Origin: an uncultured Candidatus Saccharibacteria bacterium
GTDB lineage: Bacteria > Patescibacteriota > Minisyncoccia > Phycocordibacterales > PALSA-1337
DNA length: 64,000 nt
Assembly (NCBI GenBank): GCA_964459225.1
Contig: CAYWKB010000001.1
Coordinates: forward strand, 32,356-96,355
Direction: 5' to 3'
Positions 8,848-18,669 of the stretch are shown here, piece after piece. The translations under genes were made by a program, and so were the position numbers. The first letter of the stretch is position 1; each line of letters opens with the position of its first letter. Below the pieces are notes generated by a model that did not search any database, was not told the origin of the DNA, and worked only from the letters and a program-made list of their open reading frames with translations.

Positions 8848-8904
8848 ATTTTTTATATTATTTAATTAATTCTAATATTACATAAAATGGTGTAATATAT
8901 CAAT

Positions 8905-9789
8905 ATGCTAACAAAACAAGATGAGTACAAAGATTTAGCAAAAGTCTTGGGTATTAACAAATTAATACTTAAAAGAGAAGACTTGCACCCATACGGTTCT
9001 CATAAAGGCAGATCAATTCCTAAAATGATTGATTTGTATTTATCGAAAGGTATTAGGCATTTTGCTATTTCTTCATCTGGTAATGCAGCTCTCGCGGCGG
9101 CATTTTATATAAATAAATTAAATTCAGAAAATAAATTAGGCGAAAATGAAAAAATTAATTTAAATATACTTGTCGGTCAAAATATAAATAAGAAAAAACT
9201 ACACAAAATAGAACCTTTTAAAAGCGAAAATATAAATATAACAATGCATGATAGACCATTGCAGACATTGTTTAATATTTTAAAAGATCAAAATATAGTC
9301 GGACTTAGACAATCAACAGATGATAATGCCCTTTTGGGTTATAGAGAATTAGCAGAAGAATTAGAAAAAATAAATGATCTTGAAGCTATTTTTATTGGGA
9401 CATCATCTGGCACAACAGCACAAGCATTGGCAGAATACTTTATACAAAAAAATAAAAAAGTTGAAATTCATATAGTTCAAACAACTTCTTGTCATCCTAT
9501 AGCAATTAATTATGTGGATTCAGTACAGGAAGAAATATCAGTAGCAGATGCAATAGTAGATCAAACTGCAATTAGAAAAGATAAAATTATTGAATTAATA
9601 AATAAATGCAATGGATCAGGATGGATTGCGACAAATGAACAAATAAAAAGCGCCGAAGAAATGACCAAAAAATACGCAAATCTTGAAATTTCAAATAATA
9701 GTGCATTATCAATCGCTGGTCTTATGCAAGCAGTTTACACAGGAAAGGAATGGGCTGGATCAGTAGTTTGTGTTATATGTGGTGATTAG
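8905..9789 (+). CDS. PLP-dependent enzyme, fold-type II (Trp-synthase-beta/threonine dehydratase superfamily)
   Basis: HPYGSHKGR (S-x-K PLP-lysine context), glycine-rich SSGNAA loop; 294 aa. Confidence 0.5.
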   Translation: MLTKQDEYKDLAKVLGINKLILKREDLHPYGSHKGRSIPKMIDLYLSKGIRHFAISSSGNAALAAAFYINKLNSENKLGENEKINLNILVGQNINKKKLHKIEPFKSENINITMHDRPLQTLFNILKDQNIVGLRQSTDDNALLGYRELAEELEKINDLEAIFIGTSSGTTAQALAEYFIQKNKKVEIHIVQTTSCHPIAINYVDSVQEEISVADAIVDQTAIRKDKIIELINKCNGSGWIATNEQIKSAEEMTKKYANLEISNNSALSIAGLMQAVYTGKEWAGSVVCVICGD

Positions 9790-11082
9790 TTAGAGATTTC
9801 TAATCGCTCTTACAAATACTTCCCCTCTATGTTTGCGTGAATTATAAATACCCACAGCATCAAATGCTGGACTAAATAATACAATGTCACCTTTGCTTGA
9901 ATTATTGAAAGCAATTGATACAGCATCATCTATATCAAATGCATGGAGTACATTGACTTCATTTATTTTGTCTATAACACTTCTATATCCAATGGTTCCA
10001 CTTCCTGGTAATACAATTATATTTTTTACATAATTTGATAATTCCTTTAATAAAAAATTATAGTCATGACCTGTATATGAACCACCTATTATAATAGAAA
10101 TATTTTTATTATTTGATAATGATTTTAATGCCAAAATAGTTGAATGTGGTGATATGGATGAAGAATCATTATAAAACTCTATACTATTAACCTTCTTTAT
10201 GGCTTCAATACGTCCTTTAAGACCCAAAAAGCCCTGTATAACCTCTTTTGCTATGTCTTTTGATACCTTGAACAATTCACTGGTTTGTAGGGCTAAAGAG
10301 GCATTTTCCCTGTCATAAGCAACCTTTCTATGTGAAATCCAATCACTTGGAATACTGCTACTTCTTGTCCTTAATATCTTTGCCCTAATTTCAATTTCAT
10401 CCTTAACTAAATCGATAACATTATCAGAGGCAATAATAAAGTTATTGTATGTTTGGAATTCTAATATTTTTGAAGAGATCTTTGATGTTAGTACTGCAAC
10501 ATGAGGACTAATACGAATTTCATGATAATAAGGTATGAGATTTTCTTGAATGCGAACAATAACAACATCGCCTTTTTTAATCTTTTTTAAGTGTGTGAGT
10601 ACGCCATTTGATGTATCTGAGTCAATAACAAAAAGCCCCTGATCCTCATAATCAACAAAAGACTTTTTAAGCATTTGATGTATCAAATGAGCAACTGTGC
10701 TTTTACCGTACACACCAAGAACACCGATGATTGTAACTGTTGGAACTAATTTAAAAAATAATATCTCAGCATATTCAATCTGTATACCTGCCTCAATTGC
10801 CTTTTTAAGGAAATGAGATTTTTTAGAGATATCAGAGGAAAGTATTATGAGATCCGAATCAAGTAAATCATTTTGATTTATCTTCCCATAACTAACTTTA
10901 TTCAAATTTAAATCAATTAAATCTGAGGCGATATCTTCTAACTTTGATTCACTTCTCATATCATACACAGAAACAATTGATTTATTTTTTGCAAGAAACT
11001 TTATATCAGCCAACATCTCTCCATGTGGACCTAGTCCTATTACTGATATTTTTTTATCTTTAAAAAAGTCTTTGTATATCAC
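9790..11082 (-). CDS. murD: UDP-N-acetylmuramoylalanine--D-glutamate ligase MurD (Mur ligase)
   Basis: KKISVIGLGPHG N-terminus, IIGVLGVYGKST P-loop, 430 aa. Confidence 0.65.
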   Translation of the reverse strand: MIYKDFFKDKKISVIGLGPHGEMLADIKFLAKNKSIVSVYDMRSESKLEDIASDLIDLNLNKVSYGKINQNDLLDSDLIILSSDISKKSHFLKKAIEAGIQIEYAEILFFKLVPTVTIIGVLGVYGKSTVAHLIHQMLKKSFVDYEDQGLFVIDSDTSNGVLTHLKKIKKGDVVIVRIQENLIPYYHEIRISPHVAVLTSKISSKILEFQTYNNFIIASDNVIDLVKDEIEIRAKILRTRSSSIPSDWISHRKVAYDRENASLALQTSELFKVSKDIAKEVIQGFLGLKGRIEAIKKVNSIEFYNDSSSISPHSTILALKSLSNNKNISIIIGGSYTGHDYNFLLKELSNYVKNIIVLPGSGTIGYRSVIDKINEVNVLHAFDIDDAVSIAFNNSSKGDIVLFSPAFDAVGIYNSRKHRGEVFVRAIRNL

Positions 11083-11089
11083 AATATCA

Positions 11090-11407
11090 TTATAGCAAAT
11101 CGTAATCTTTAATTGATTTTGGATTAACGATCAGACCTTTTACCTTTATTAATTCCTGTAAAAGCGCCTGCATTTTTATCGTTTCCTCATCGCTTATATT
11201 TTCAAACATAGCAAATGAAGCGAACTTTCTCAAGAAAAGATTATACACATCATTAAAATACTTTTCTAGCAAGTCTACATCATGTAATTCAATTTCTCCG
11301 TCTTTTATCATTTCTATATTATTTGGTCTTTTTACACCTTCAAAATATAGGAAATCATCAGACAAAATGCCCTGAATAATAGGTATATTCATTGAATATG
11401 TTTTCAT
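11090..11407 (-). CDS. hypothetical protein
   Basis: 105-aa ORF co-directional with murD/radC. Confidence 0.35.
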   Translation of the reverse strand: MKTYSMNIPIIQGILSDDFLYFEGVKRPNNIEMIKDGEIELHDVDLLEKYFNDVYNLFLRKFASFAMFENISDEETIKMQALLQELIKVKGLIVNPKSIKDYDLL

Positions 11408-11419
11408 ATTTTTTATTAT

Positions 11420-11998
11420 TTAATAATTAGCTTTTATATTTTCGTAATTATTTCTAGTAATTATTATGTGATCTAGTATTCTAATACCCAATATCTTCCC
11501 TGCTTTAATCAATTGTTCTGTTATCTCAATGTCTTGTGTGCTTGGAGTACTAACATCTGATGGATGATTATGAGCAAGTATAATAGCAACCGCCCCATAC
11601 TCAATCGCTGGACGGAATACTTCTCGAGGATGTGCTATGTTTGAGTTTATTGTTCCAACTGAAATCAATTCATCATGAACAATACGATTATGGCTATTTA
11701 GATATAGACCGCGGAAATGCTCCTTTGAGAGATTTTTCATATCACTTAAATATCCGAAAGCGTCTTCAGCTGTACGAATAGTTACAAAACCTCTAGAATT
11801 ATGTGAGTAGTATCTCCTGCCTAACTCACCACATGCTACAATTTGGCATGATTTAACGATTGGAATATTTGACTCTTCTGATAATCTTTTTGGATTTCTT
11901 TCTTCTATTATACTTTTTTCACCATAATCTCTAACAAGTCTATTGACCATTTCGAGCACACCCTCTGATTTTGTGCCTGAATTTAAAACAATTGCCAT
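11420..11998 (-). CDS. radC: RadC-family JAB-domain protein (UPF0758)
   Basis: LAHNHPSDVSTPSTQD JAMM-like motif, 192 aa. Confidence 0.8.
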   Translation of the reverse strand: MAIVLNSGTKSEGVLEMVNRLVRDYGEKSIIEERNPKRLSEESNIPIVKSCQIVACGELGRRYYSHNSRGFVTIRTAEDAFGYLSDMKNLSKEHFRGLYLNSHNRIVHDELISVGTINSNIAHPREVFRPAIEYGAVAIILAHNHPSDVSTPSTQDIEITEQLIKAGKILGIRILDHIIITRNNYENIKANY

Positions 11999-12200
11999 TA
12001 ACTCTTGTAATGATAATGTTTCTGGACCGTATTTGATTATCTTTTCCCTTGGTTGCTCATCCCTTGGTATATCATGTATTTTTAGAACATACTCTTTATT
12101 GATATTATCTAATACTAAATCAGTATTTATATTTTTGTATTTAATAAATTTTTAATTTTATTTTAATAATTTATAGCCATATTAATTATTACTCAAACAA

Positions 12201-12224
12201 AAAATGCCCACAAGAGCATTTTTT
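12201..12224 (-). terminator. hairpin AAAATGC-ccacaaga-GCATTTT with flanking T/A runs; terminator of pyk
   Basis: inverted repeat read directly, 95 nt downstream of pyk stop. Confidence 0.5.
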
Positions 12225-12249
12225 GTAAAAATTTTATCAAAATTTTATC

Positions 12250-12261
12250 TTATGTGGATAA
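12250..12261. promoter_or_regulatory. 12-mer TTATGTGGATAA (rc TTATCCACATAA = perfect DnaA-box consensus TTATCCACA); copy 1 of 3; second near-box TGTGGGATAAC at 12289-12299
   Basis: exact 12-mer also at 43497-43508 and 53537-53548, all intergenic, same orientation. Confidence 0.5.
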
Positions 12262-12318
12262 CTTGTTTTGATTTATCAAAACAGAAATCCCCTTGTGGGA
12301 TAACTGGGATAAGTAATA

Positions 12319-13734
12319 CTATATTGTCTCAATCAACATCATATTTGTCTCCAAAACCTTACCGAAAGGCATTCCTGATGCGATCACCACCTTATCACCC
12401 TTTGCTGCTAATTTTGATTTAATAGCTGTCTTTCTAACTACTGACATTATCTGTATGATACTTGAAAACTTTGGTACCAACACTGCATAACATCCAAATG
12501 TTAATGCTAGTTTATTTGCTGTTGTTTGATTTGAAGTTAATGCAATTATTCTTTCTGCTGGCTTATATCTTGCTATCATTCTTGCTGTTCTTCCTGATTC
12601 TGTTAATGCGACTATAAACTTTGCCTCAACACCATGTGATGCTTGTACTGCAGATTGTGATGTTATATCTGTTATACCGTGTAGATCTTGGTATTCTGCT
12701 ATTACGTCTTTTGTAAATACTTCTTTTTCAACTCTCAATGCTACACGTGTCATCATTGAAACTGCTTCAACCGGGAAATCTCCGAGTGTTGTTTCTTCTG
12801 AAAGCATTATTGCGTCAGTTCCGTCAATTATTGCATTTGCAATGTCTGAAACTTCTGCACGAGTAGGTACTGGACTCTTTATCATTGATTCCAACATTTG
12901 TGTTGCTGTTATAACAGGCTTTCCTACTGCATTACATTTTTGTATAAGCATTTTTTGTACCAATGGAACTTCTTCTGCTGGTATTTCAATTGCCAAGTCT
13001 CCACGTGCAACCATAAGACCATCAGAAAGTTTGATAATTTCATCGATATTTTCCAATGCTTCTGGTGTTTCAATCTTTGCGATAATTCCAGCCTTACTCT
13101 TTACCTTATCAAGTATTCCTCTTAGCTCTGTAATATCTGAAGGTCTACGTACAAATGAAAGAGCAATAAAATCGACTTTATTTTTAATTCCAAATTCTAG
13201 ATCCGCACGATCTTTTTCTGTGATTGAACTTATAGATAGATATGCACCTGGAAGATTTACTCCTCTTTTATTTTTGATTTCACCACCGACAATAACCTTA
13301 GTAATAACATTATTACCCTTTATATCTGTAATTTGTAATTTCTTTTTACCATCATGCAAAAGAACATAACCACCAACTTTTACTTCCTTTGGTAATAATG
13401 GATAGTTTACATATACTCTTTCCTCATTTCCCATTACCTTATCTGTTGTTAGGGTAAATGTCTGTCCCTCTTTTAAAACAATTAATCCTTTTTCAAATTC
13501 ACCAATTCTAATCTTTGGTCCTCCAAGATCTTGAAGTATGGCTATATTTTTACCTGTCTTTTCAACTACCTTTCTTAGATTTTCGACTCTGTTTTGATGT
13601 TCAGCAAAGTCTCCATGAGAAAAGTTAAGTCTCATTACATTCATTCCTGCATCAACAAGATCCTTTAACTTTTCTACCGTTTCAGTTGCTGGACCTATAG
13701 TACAAACTATCTTTGTTTTCTTGCCGTTATTCAT
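12319..13734 (-). CDS. pyk: pyruvate kinase
   Basis: KIVCTIGPA...MNVMRLNFSHG, 471 aa. Confidence 0.9.
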   Translation of the reverse strand: MNNGKKTKIVCTIGPATETVEKLKDLVDAGMNVMRLNFSHGDFAEHQNRVENLRKVVEKTGKNIAILQDLGGPKIRIGEFEKGLIVLKEGQTFTLTTDKVMGNEERVYVNYPLLPKEVKVGGYVLLHDGKKKLQITDIKGNNVITKVIVGGEIKNKRGVNLPGAYLSISSITEKDRADLEFGIKNKVDFIALSFVRRPSDITELRGILDKVKSKAGIIAKIETPEALENIDEIIKLSDGLMVARGDLAIEIPAEEVPLVQKMLIQKCNAVGKPVITATQMLESMIKSPVPTRAEVSDIANAIIDGTDAIMLSEETTLGDFPVEAVSMMTRVALRVEKEVFTKDVIAEYQDLHGITDITSQSAVQASHGVEAKFIVALTESGRTARMIARYKPAERIIALTSNQTTANKLALTFGCYAVLVPKFSSIIQIMSVVRKTAIKSKLAAKGDKVVIASGMPFGKVLETNMMLIETI

Positions 13735-13832
13735 TTTCTTATTGAAATTAATATTACTTATCTATAAATATATGGTTAATAATACGAAATGACATATTAC
13801 TATAAAATACGTCATTTTGCAAAATAGAATTA

Positions 13833-15152
13833 TTATTTAATATATTTCTTATTTATTGTAATTGAAAAGTAACCTAATGAAATAAATAAGAATCCAAGAA
13901 TAACTAAAGAGACAGGCCAGCCTATTGAGTTTGCAAAATATTCATTTGTTATATAAGAAGCAAAAGCAAGCAAAGATACAGTACTAGCGATCAATATAAT
14001 TAAACTTCTAACATATATTGATAACGCGAAGCTAAAAATAACAAGTATTAGGAAAAATATTTGCCAAGGTAATGATCCAAATATCTCTGAAAATGCAGAT
14101 CCGAGTAGACCAATAATACCTAATAAGTTTAGCGGCTTAATTAGAACCGCATTCCAAGTATCTTTAAATGAATATGATAACAATAAATAAACCGCACCGA
14201 TAACCATTGTTAGATAAACATAAATATGTGTTTCTGGACCAAGATAAGATCCCAATGTCGCACTAAGTATTGAATATAATAGAGCAGAACCATTTAAAAT
14301 AGCGAGTAAGGTTAATCTTGTATCTTTAAGACGGGTGTTAAGTGAAAGATAAAGGAAAAATATAGTTCCAAGAGAAAGAACTAATGGCCATACTGAATGT
14401 CTATAACCATATGAATAAATATTTATATATTGAATATAAACCGCTATCTGTATTCCAAAAACACCAAACAGATTAAGTATTCTTACAAGCTTATCATTCC
14501 ATCCATTTTTAAATGAATATGCTAAAAACATATACGACATACCTATAATTATAGTAAGATATGCGTACAAATTATAATAACTATTTAACATTCCTTTTGT
14601 GATAGCTTCTACCAAAAGATAGATAAATGCTGTCCCATTTGCGATAGTAAAGAAAGTCAAAATAACACTTTTATGTATTGAATTTATTATTAAATAAAAT
14701 GCAAAAATTAATCCAAAAGTAATCGCTAATGGCCATTCTGGTGGTTGTCCAGTACTAAACTCCATAAGAGTTACAAGAGCACCTCCAGGTATTAACATTC
14801 CTCCAATAAAATGGAATATTTTACCAACATCACTCTCTTTATTACTCTTATGTAAAAGTGATCCACCACCAGTAATAACTAGACCCATTCCGAGAGTAAT
14901 CAATATTCTTCCAAATGATCCTATGTAATACCATATTTGATAAGTAAATAAGATAACCCCAACGATAACAATAATTGCACCCAAAACATATAGTAACTTT
15001 GTAACAGAACTTGATGTAATAGCTGTTGAGTTTTTTAAAGGTAATTCACTTTTTATAGCATTAATTTTAGAAAGATTCACCACTTCATCGTGATTAATCT
15101 CGCCTGTATTAATTTTATTTGAGAGCTCATTTAATAATTGTTCTTTATTCAT
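13833..15152 (-). CDS. polytopic membrane protein, hypothetical
   Basis: 439 aa, >10 hydrophobic helices. Confidence 0.45.
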   Translation of the reverse strand: MNKEQLLNELSNKINTGEINHDEVVNLSKINAIKSELPLKNSTAITSSSVTKLLYVLGAIIVIVGVILFTYQIWYYIGSFGRILITLGMGLVITGGGSLLHKSNKESDVGKIFHFIGGMLIPGGALVTLMEFSTGQPPEWPLAITFGLIFAFYLIINSIHKSVILTFFTIANGTAFIYLLVEAITKGMLNSYYNLYAYLTIIIGMSYMFLAYSFKNGWNDKLVRILNLFGVFGIQIAVYIQYINIYSYGYRHSVWPLVLSLGTIFFLYLSLNTRLKDTRLTLLAILNGSALLYSILSATLGSYLGPETHIYVYLTMVIGAVYLLLSYSFKDTWNAVLIKPLNLLGIIGLLGSAFSEIFGSLPWQIFFLILVIFSFALSIYVRSLIILIASTVSLLAFASYITNEYFANSIGWPVSLVILGFLFISLGYFSITINKKYIK

Positions 15153-15173
15153 AAAAATATTTTATTTTAAATA

Positions 15174-15770
15174 TTAATTTCTATCTGGAATTACCCAACC
15201 TAAAAATTTAAAGTTATTTTGATAATTATATCTATCGTTAATATCAATTAAATTTAATTTTGACTTACTCTTACCTTTTGTAAGGTAATAACCATAAGAT
15301 GAATAACCGCCACCCACAAAAGGAAATATAAAATAATCACCTCTTCTGTCGTATGAACTAGAAATGGTAATTTGATCAGGGGAAGTTAATAAATCACTCA
15401 AAGTCATGATTTGAGCCTCTTTTAAAGATATTTCCCTACTTTCATTTTTTTGGGTGTCATGAAAAAAAATATGTTCTGAATATTTTTCGATAGAAACATC
15501 TTTATCATCTTTACCATTTTTATTCACTAATAATTTACCGTCAACAACAGAATATATTTCTTTTGAATAATCATTACAGTTATATGGATAGTGATTGTTA
15601 TTATCCATGCACATTGAATAAATAAAATTATAATTAGTCTTTATAAAAGCTGAAGGAATATAAGTTACACAAACAACTACAACAATTAGTATTATCGGTA
15701 AGGAAAAAGCCAAAAACAATGCGAAATTATCTTTTAAGATTTTTTTCATATTAACGATATTATAACACAA
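15174..15770 (-). CDS. membrane-anchored hypothetical protein
   Basis: 198 aa, N-terminal TM helix. Confidence 0.4.
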   Translation of the reverse strand: MCYNIVNMKKILKDNFALFLAFSLPIILIVVVVCVTYIPSAFIKTNYNFIYSMCMDNNNHYPYNCNDYSKEIYSVVDGKLLVNKNGKDDKDVSIEKYSEHIFFHDTQKNESREISLKEAQIMTLSDLLTSPDQITISSSYDRRGDYFIFPFVGGGYSSYGYYLTKGKSKSKLNLIDINDRYNYQNNFKFLGWVIPDRN

Positions 15771-15825
15771 ATTAGATTTATATTCTATATTTGAATCATT
15801 AATCTAAATATATATACATTATCCT

Positions 15826-15846
15826 TTGTGCGCGTGCTAGGATTCG
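15826..15846. repeat. 21-bp direct repeat identical to 16703-16723 (3' end of tRNA-Ile): attR-like duplicate
   Basis: ttgtgcgcgtgctaggattcg exact match at both sites, 856 bp apart. Confidence 0.7.
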
Positions 15847-15869
15847 GTCACAAAAATTTTAGTATATAT

Positions 15870-16703
15870 CTATCCTTGAGGTAATTTTAATTCTCCAATA
15901 CCTTCAACCATATCTCTTATCTTATCAGAAAATTGTGGATAGGCAGTTACACTAGCTTCGAATCTAAGATCCAGCGTCTTACCATTACCATCCATAAAAT
16001 ATAGGTCTGTAATATGTTTAAAATCACCTGTGTATGCTGCAATATGATAGATTCGTGTGCTATTTTCCATCTGAATACTGATCATGTCCTTTGTGGCTTT
16101 ATTAAGTATTATCTCACTAATTATCATTTCATTCTTTGGAATATCATTTATCATAGTAAGATAAATATTTTCAGCGTTATTTGATTCGGTGCTTGTACTT
16201 ACATCATATATAATATCTGAAAAATCATCATAGTTTTCCCTTACCTTAGGGGTAAATTTCATACCCTCAGATCCGTATTTACCCATTACCCAATTATTGG
16301 CGAGCCAATTTGGAACAGACCATGCAAACGCACCATGAGCGAAATACCCCACTATATTACTAATATTTTGATCTCTCTTTTCTTCAAATAAATACGAGTA
16401 CTTACCTTGAATATTTGTTGTTGATGCCGTAATACCATCATATGTCGGTGCAACATTTCTAATTCTAAAAAATTTTTGCTGAGAATCAATTACCTCAGAA
16501 AAACTCTCACCAGACTTATGAACTTGTGGGGTCTGTTCAACTATATTTGTTTTTGATATCTGAATTAAATCCGTGGTAGTTGTGGCTATTTCATTAACTA
16601 CACTTTGCTTATTTACAAAAGAAATATAGTGAATAGAACCAATCAACAAAAATACAATAACTACTAGTAGGAAAATCACAGTATAAAGTATTTTATTTTT
16701 CAT
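15870..16703 (-). CDS. secreted/membrane-anchored hypothetical protein (single cargo gene between tRNA-Ile and its 3'-end duplicate)
   Basis: ORF track ORF extended through tRNA; real start MKNKILYTVIFLLVV at 16701-16703 with signal-anchor. Confidence 0.5.
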   Translation of the reverse strand: MKNKILYTVIFLLVVIVFLLIGSIHYISFVNKQSVVNEIATTTTDLIQISKTNIVEQTPQVHKSGESFSEVIDSQQKFFRIRNVAPTYDGITASTTNIQGKYSYLFEEKRDQNISNIVGYFAHGAFAWSVPNWLANNWVMGKYGSEGMKFTPKVRENYDDFSDIIYDVSTSTESNNAENIYLTMINDIPKNEMIISEIILNKATKDMISIQMENSTRIYHIAAYTGDFKHITDLYFMDGNGKTLDLRFEASVTAYPQFSDKIRDMVEGIGELKLPQG

Positions 16704-16705
16704 TG

Positions 16706-16778
16706 TGCGCGTGCTAGGATTCGAACCTAGGACCCCACCAGTATCAGTGGTGTGCTCTACCAACTGAGCTACACGCGC
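16706..16778 (-). tRNA. tRNA-Ile (anticodon GAT)
   Basis: GCGCGTG acceptor, GCTCAGTTGGTAGAGC D-arm, anticodon loop CTGATAC, GGTTCGAATCC T-arm; no encoded CCA. Confidence 0.85.
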
Positions 16779-16846
16779 ATACATTAAATCCCGTATTTAC
16801 CGTCAAAATATATCAAAAATCATTACTAATAGCAATTATAAAGTTT

Positions 16847-16875
16847 AAAGGTCGCGAGTGTAAGTCGCGACCTTT
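16847..16875. terminator. perfect 11-bp-stem hairpin AAAGGTCGCGA-gtgtaag-TCGCGACCTTT with T-rich flanks (bidirectional terminator-like)
   Basis: read directly. Confidence 0.5.
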
Positions 16876-16904
16876 GTTTGTGTTTGTTCATTTGTTTGTT
16901 TTTT

Positions 16905-17129
16905 CTACCAAGGGGTTACGATACTGATAGCAAGACTTGTTATTGGTAATGTCACAAATGCTATAAACATAAGTGCACAGAACACAACCTTTGACGCAGG
17001 CTGTCTGTCAAACCAGTTAATAACTCTCCTCCAAATTGGCTTTCTGGAGAGAAAATTATCACCGCCTAGCAATAGTACCCCTTGTAAAGGAGATAACGAT
17101 GAGCTTTTCATACCTTTAACTTTATACAC
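16905..17129 (-). CDS. small membrane protein, hypothetical
   Basis: 74 aa, C-terminal TM. Confidence 0.35.
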   Translation of the reverse strand: MYKVKGMKSSSLSPLQGVLLLGGDNFLSRKPIWRRVINWFDRQPASKVVFCALMFIAFVTLPITSLAISIVTPW

Positions 17130-17174
17130 CCTAATATTGATTATGTCAAATAAATTAAGTTATTAATCATTAAT

Positions 17175-17206
17175 AAAAAAGCACCCAGCATGGTCAATGC
17201 GGGTGC
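17175..17206 (-). terminator. hairpin GCACCC-N14-GGGTGC followed (minus strand) by TTTTTT
   Basis: read directly, 30 nt after stop of 17234-18316 ORF. Confidence 0.55.
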
Positions 17207-17233
17207 TTGTTATCATCGGAGGATGATGTTTAT

Positions 17234-18316
17234 TTAGTGAACTCCATCATCGGAATGATCGTAGAGGTCAAACTTAATTCTCATTCTACCATCAATTGGT
17301 AACTTACCCTTTTTCGGTAGTAAATACCCTACATGATTATCTCTAGGCAGCATGATTGCTCCAAATCCATGCTGAAATCCTTTACTTACTAGTGAGGGGT
17401 ACTTCGTTTTCCATTTCTCATGCTCATCTTCAGGATGAATACAAAGAGAAAAATTAGACGAACTTCCTCCTCCCTGCATTGAATTAATGTGAAGTGTTGG
17501 GATATCAAATCTCCAAGTGGCTACCCTATGTTGCTGGTCACGAGGAATACATCCAAGAACATCATTTTGTCGTTCCCCGTGAAGTAGCATTCCAAATAAG
17601 TAGCGTCTGACAGCGACAATATTATTCTGATCACTGTTATAAAGCCGTAAAAGGACTTCATCGCGTGCTCCATAAGACAATACTTTTGTTAAACACCCAT
17701 CACCCCTCCACCATTTTGTAGCGTTATAGCTCTGCATGAGACCTTGAAATCTATTTTCGTGGGAAAATCTTGTAGTCTTTTCCCATTCAGACAAGTTTTC
17801 CTCAAGATCAGGCAATATACTATAGAGTTTACTTAACACATCATCAGTGTGTTTAGCATGTCGATTTCGAGCAAACTTCTCCAGATCATCAACAGAGTGT
17901 GTAAGACCCCATATAATCATTGGTAATGTGATATATGGATCAAAGATGACTGCTGTGACTGGTGTAGTCTGATCTAGTGGAAATGATTCACCTTCAATCG
18001 TTTTTCCATATACTAGTGCATTGTACAATTCACTATAAGCATGTTCATGACCATCACGCCTAAGCTTAGCCAACAGACTCAGCATAACCCCAACACTTTT
18101 ACCATGATCGCTCCAGTCGCTTACCACCTTAGATGGTAGTGTGTTCACTCCTAAAAATGAATAGGAAGATTTACGGAAATACCGCCTACAATATTTAAAC
18201 GCATTATTATCGGTAAGTTTTTCGCGAAGCAGTTCCAACTGCTTCTCTCTACTTTTTTTACTAGGTGCAAAGACTCCAGGCAATTGATTCATAAAAAAAT
18301 CCATCTGAAGTGACAT
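17234..18316 (-). CDS. hypothetical protein, compositionally atypical (GC ~40%, Trp/His/Arg-rich)
   Basis: 360-aa ORF without recognisable motifs; GC clearly above genome background; located just downstream of 16S terminator. Confidence 0.45.
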   Translation of the reverse strand: MSLQMDFFMNQLPGVFAPSKKSREKQLELLREKLTDNNAFKYCRRYFRKSSYSFLGVNTLPSKVVSDWSDHGKSVGVMLSLLAKLRRDGHEHAYSELYNALVYGKTIEGESFPLDQTTPVTAVIFDPYITLPMIIWGLTHSVDDLEKFARNRHAKHTDDVLSKLYSILPDLEENLSEWEKTTRFSHENRFQGLMQSYNATKWWRGDGCLTKVLSYGARDEVLLRLYNSDQNNIVAVRRYLFGMLLHGERQNDVLGCIPRDQQHRVATWRFDIPTLHINSMQGGGSSSNFSLCIHPEDEHEKWKTKYPSLVSKGFQHGFGAIMLPRDNHVGYLLPKKGKLPIDGRMRIKFDLYDHSDDGVH

Positions 18317-18440
18317 CTCTTGCGAGATTGCCGATTGTCTAATCTATCTCTTGCGACATAGATGAGGACTGTAAACCACCATACACACGTATAGTGAAAT
18401 CCATTAACATAGTACTCTCATATAAATATTTGTAAATACC

Positions 18441-18478
18441 AAAACAAAAACCACTCTTTTGGAGTGGCTTTTGTTAAT
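18441..18478. terminator. hairpin CCACTC-tttt-GGAGTGG flanked by A- and T-runs (bidirectional); ends 16S transcription unit
   Basis: read directly. Confidence 0.5.
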
Positions 18479-18669
18479 ATTAACTGTTCTTTATTTTGTT
18501 CCGTTCATCCGGTCAGTATCTCTATAGAGGATACCGACCTATGTCCTTTATCTCGCGGACTGAGTGTTCACTTTTAGGATGTAGAACAATAATCCTTGTT
18601 TATCTTACGATAAAAATCGACTCGGTTAGAAATATTTACGCCGAAGCAATAAATAATTTCGTATGATCA

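Noticed and set aside
12180-12320. Possible oriC at the DnaA-box pair upstream of radC
   Set aside because: Only one perfect and one imperfect box, no dnaA/dnaN nearby and no clear AT-rich unwinding element with 13-mers; more likely a regulatory site
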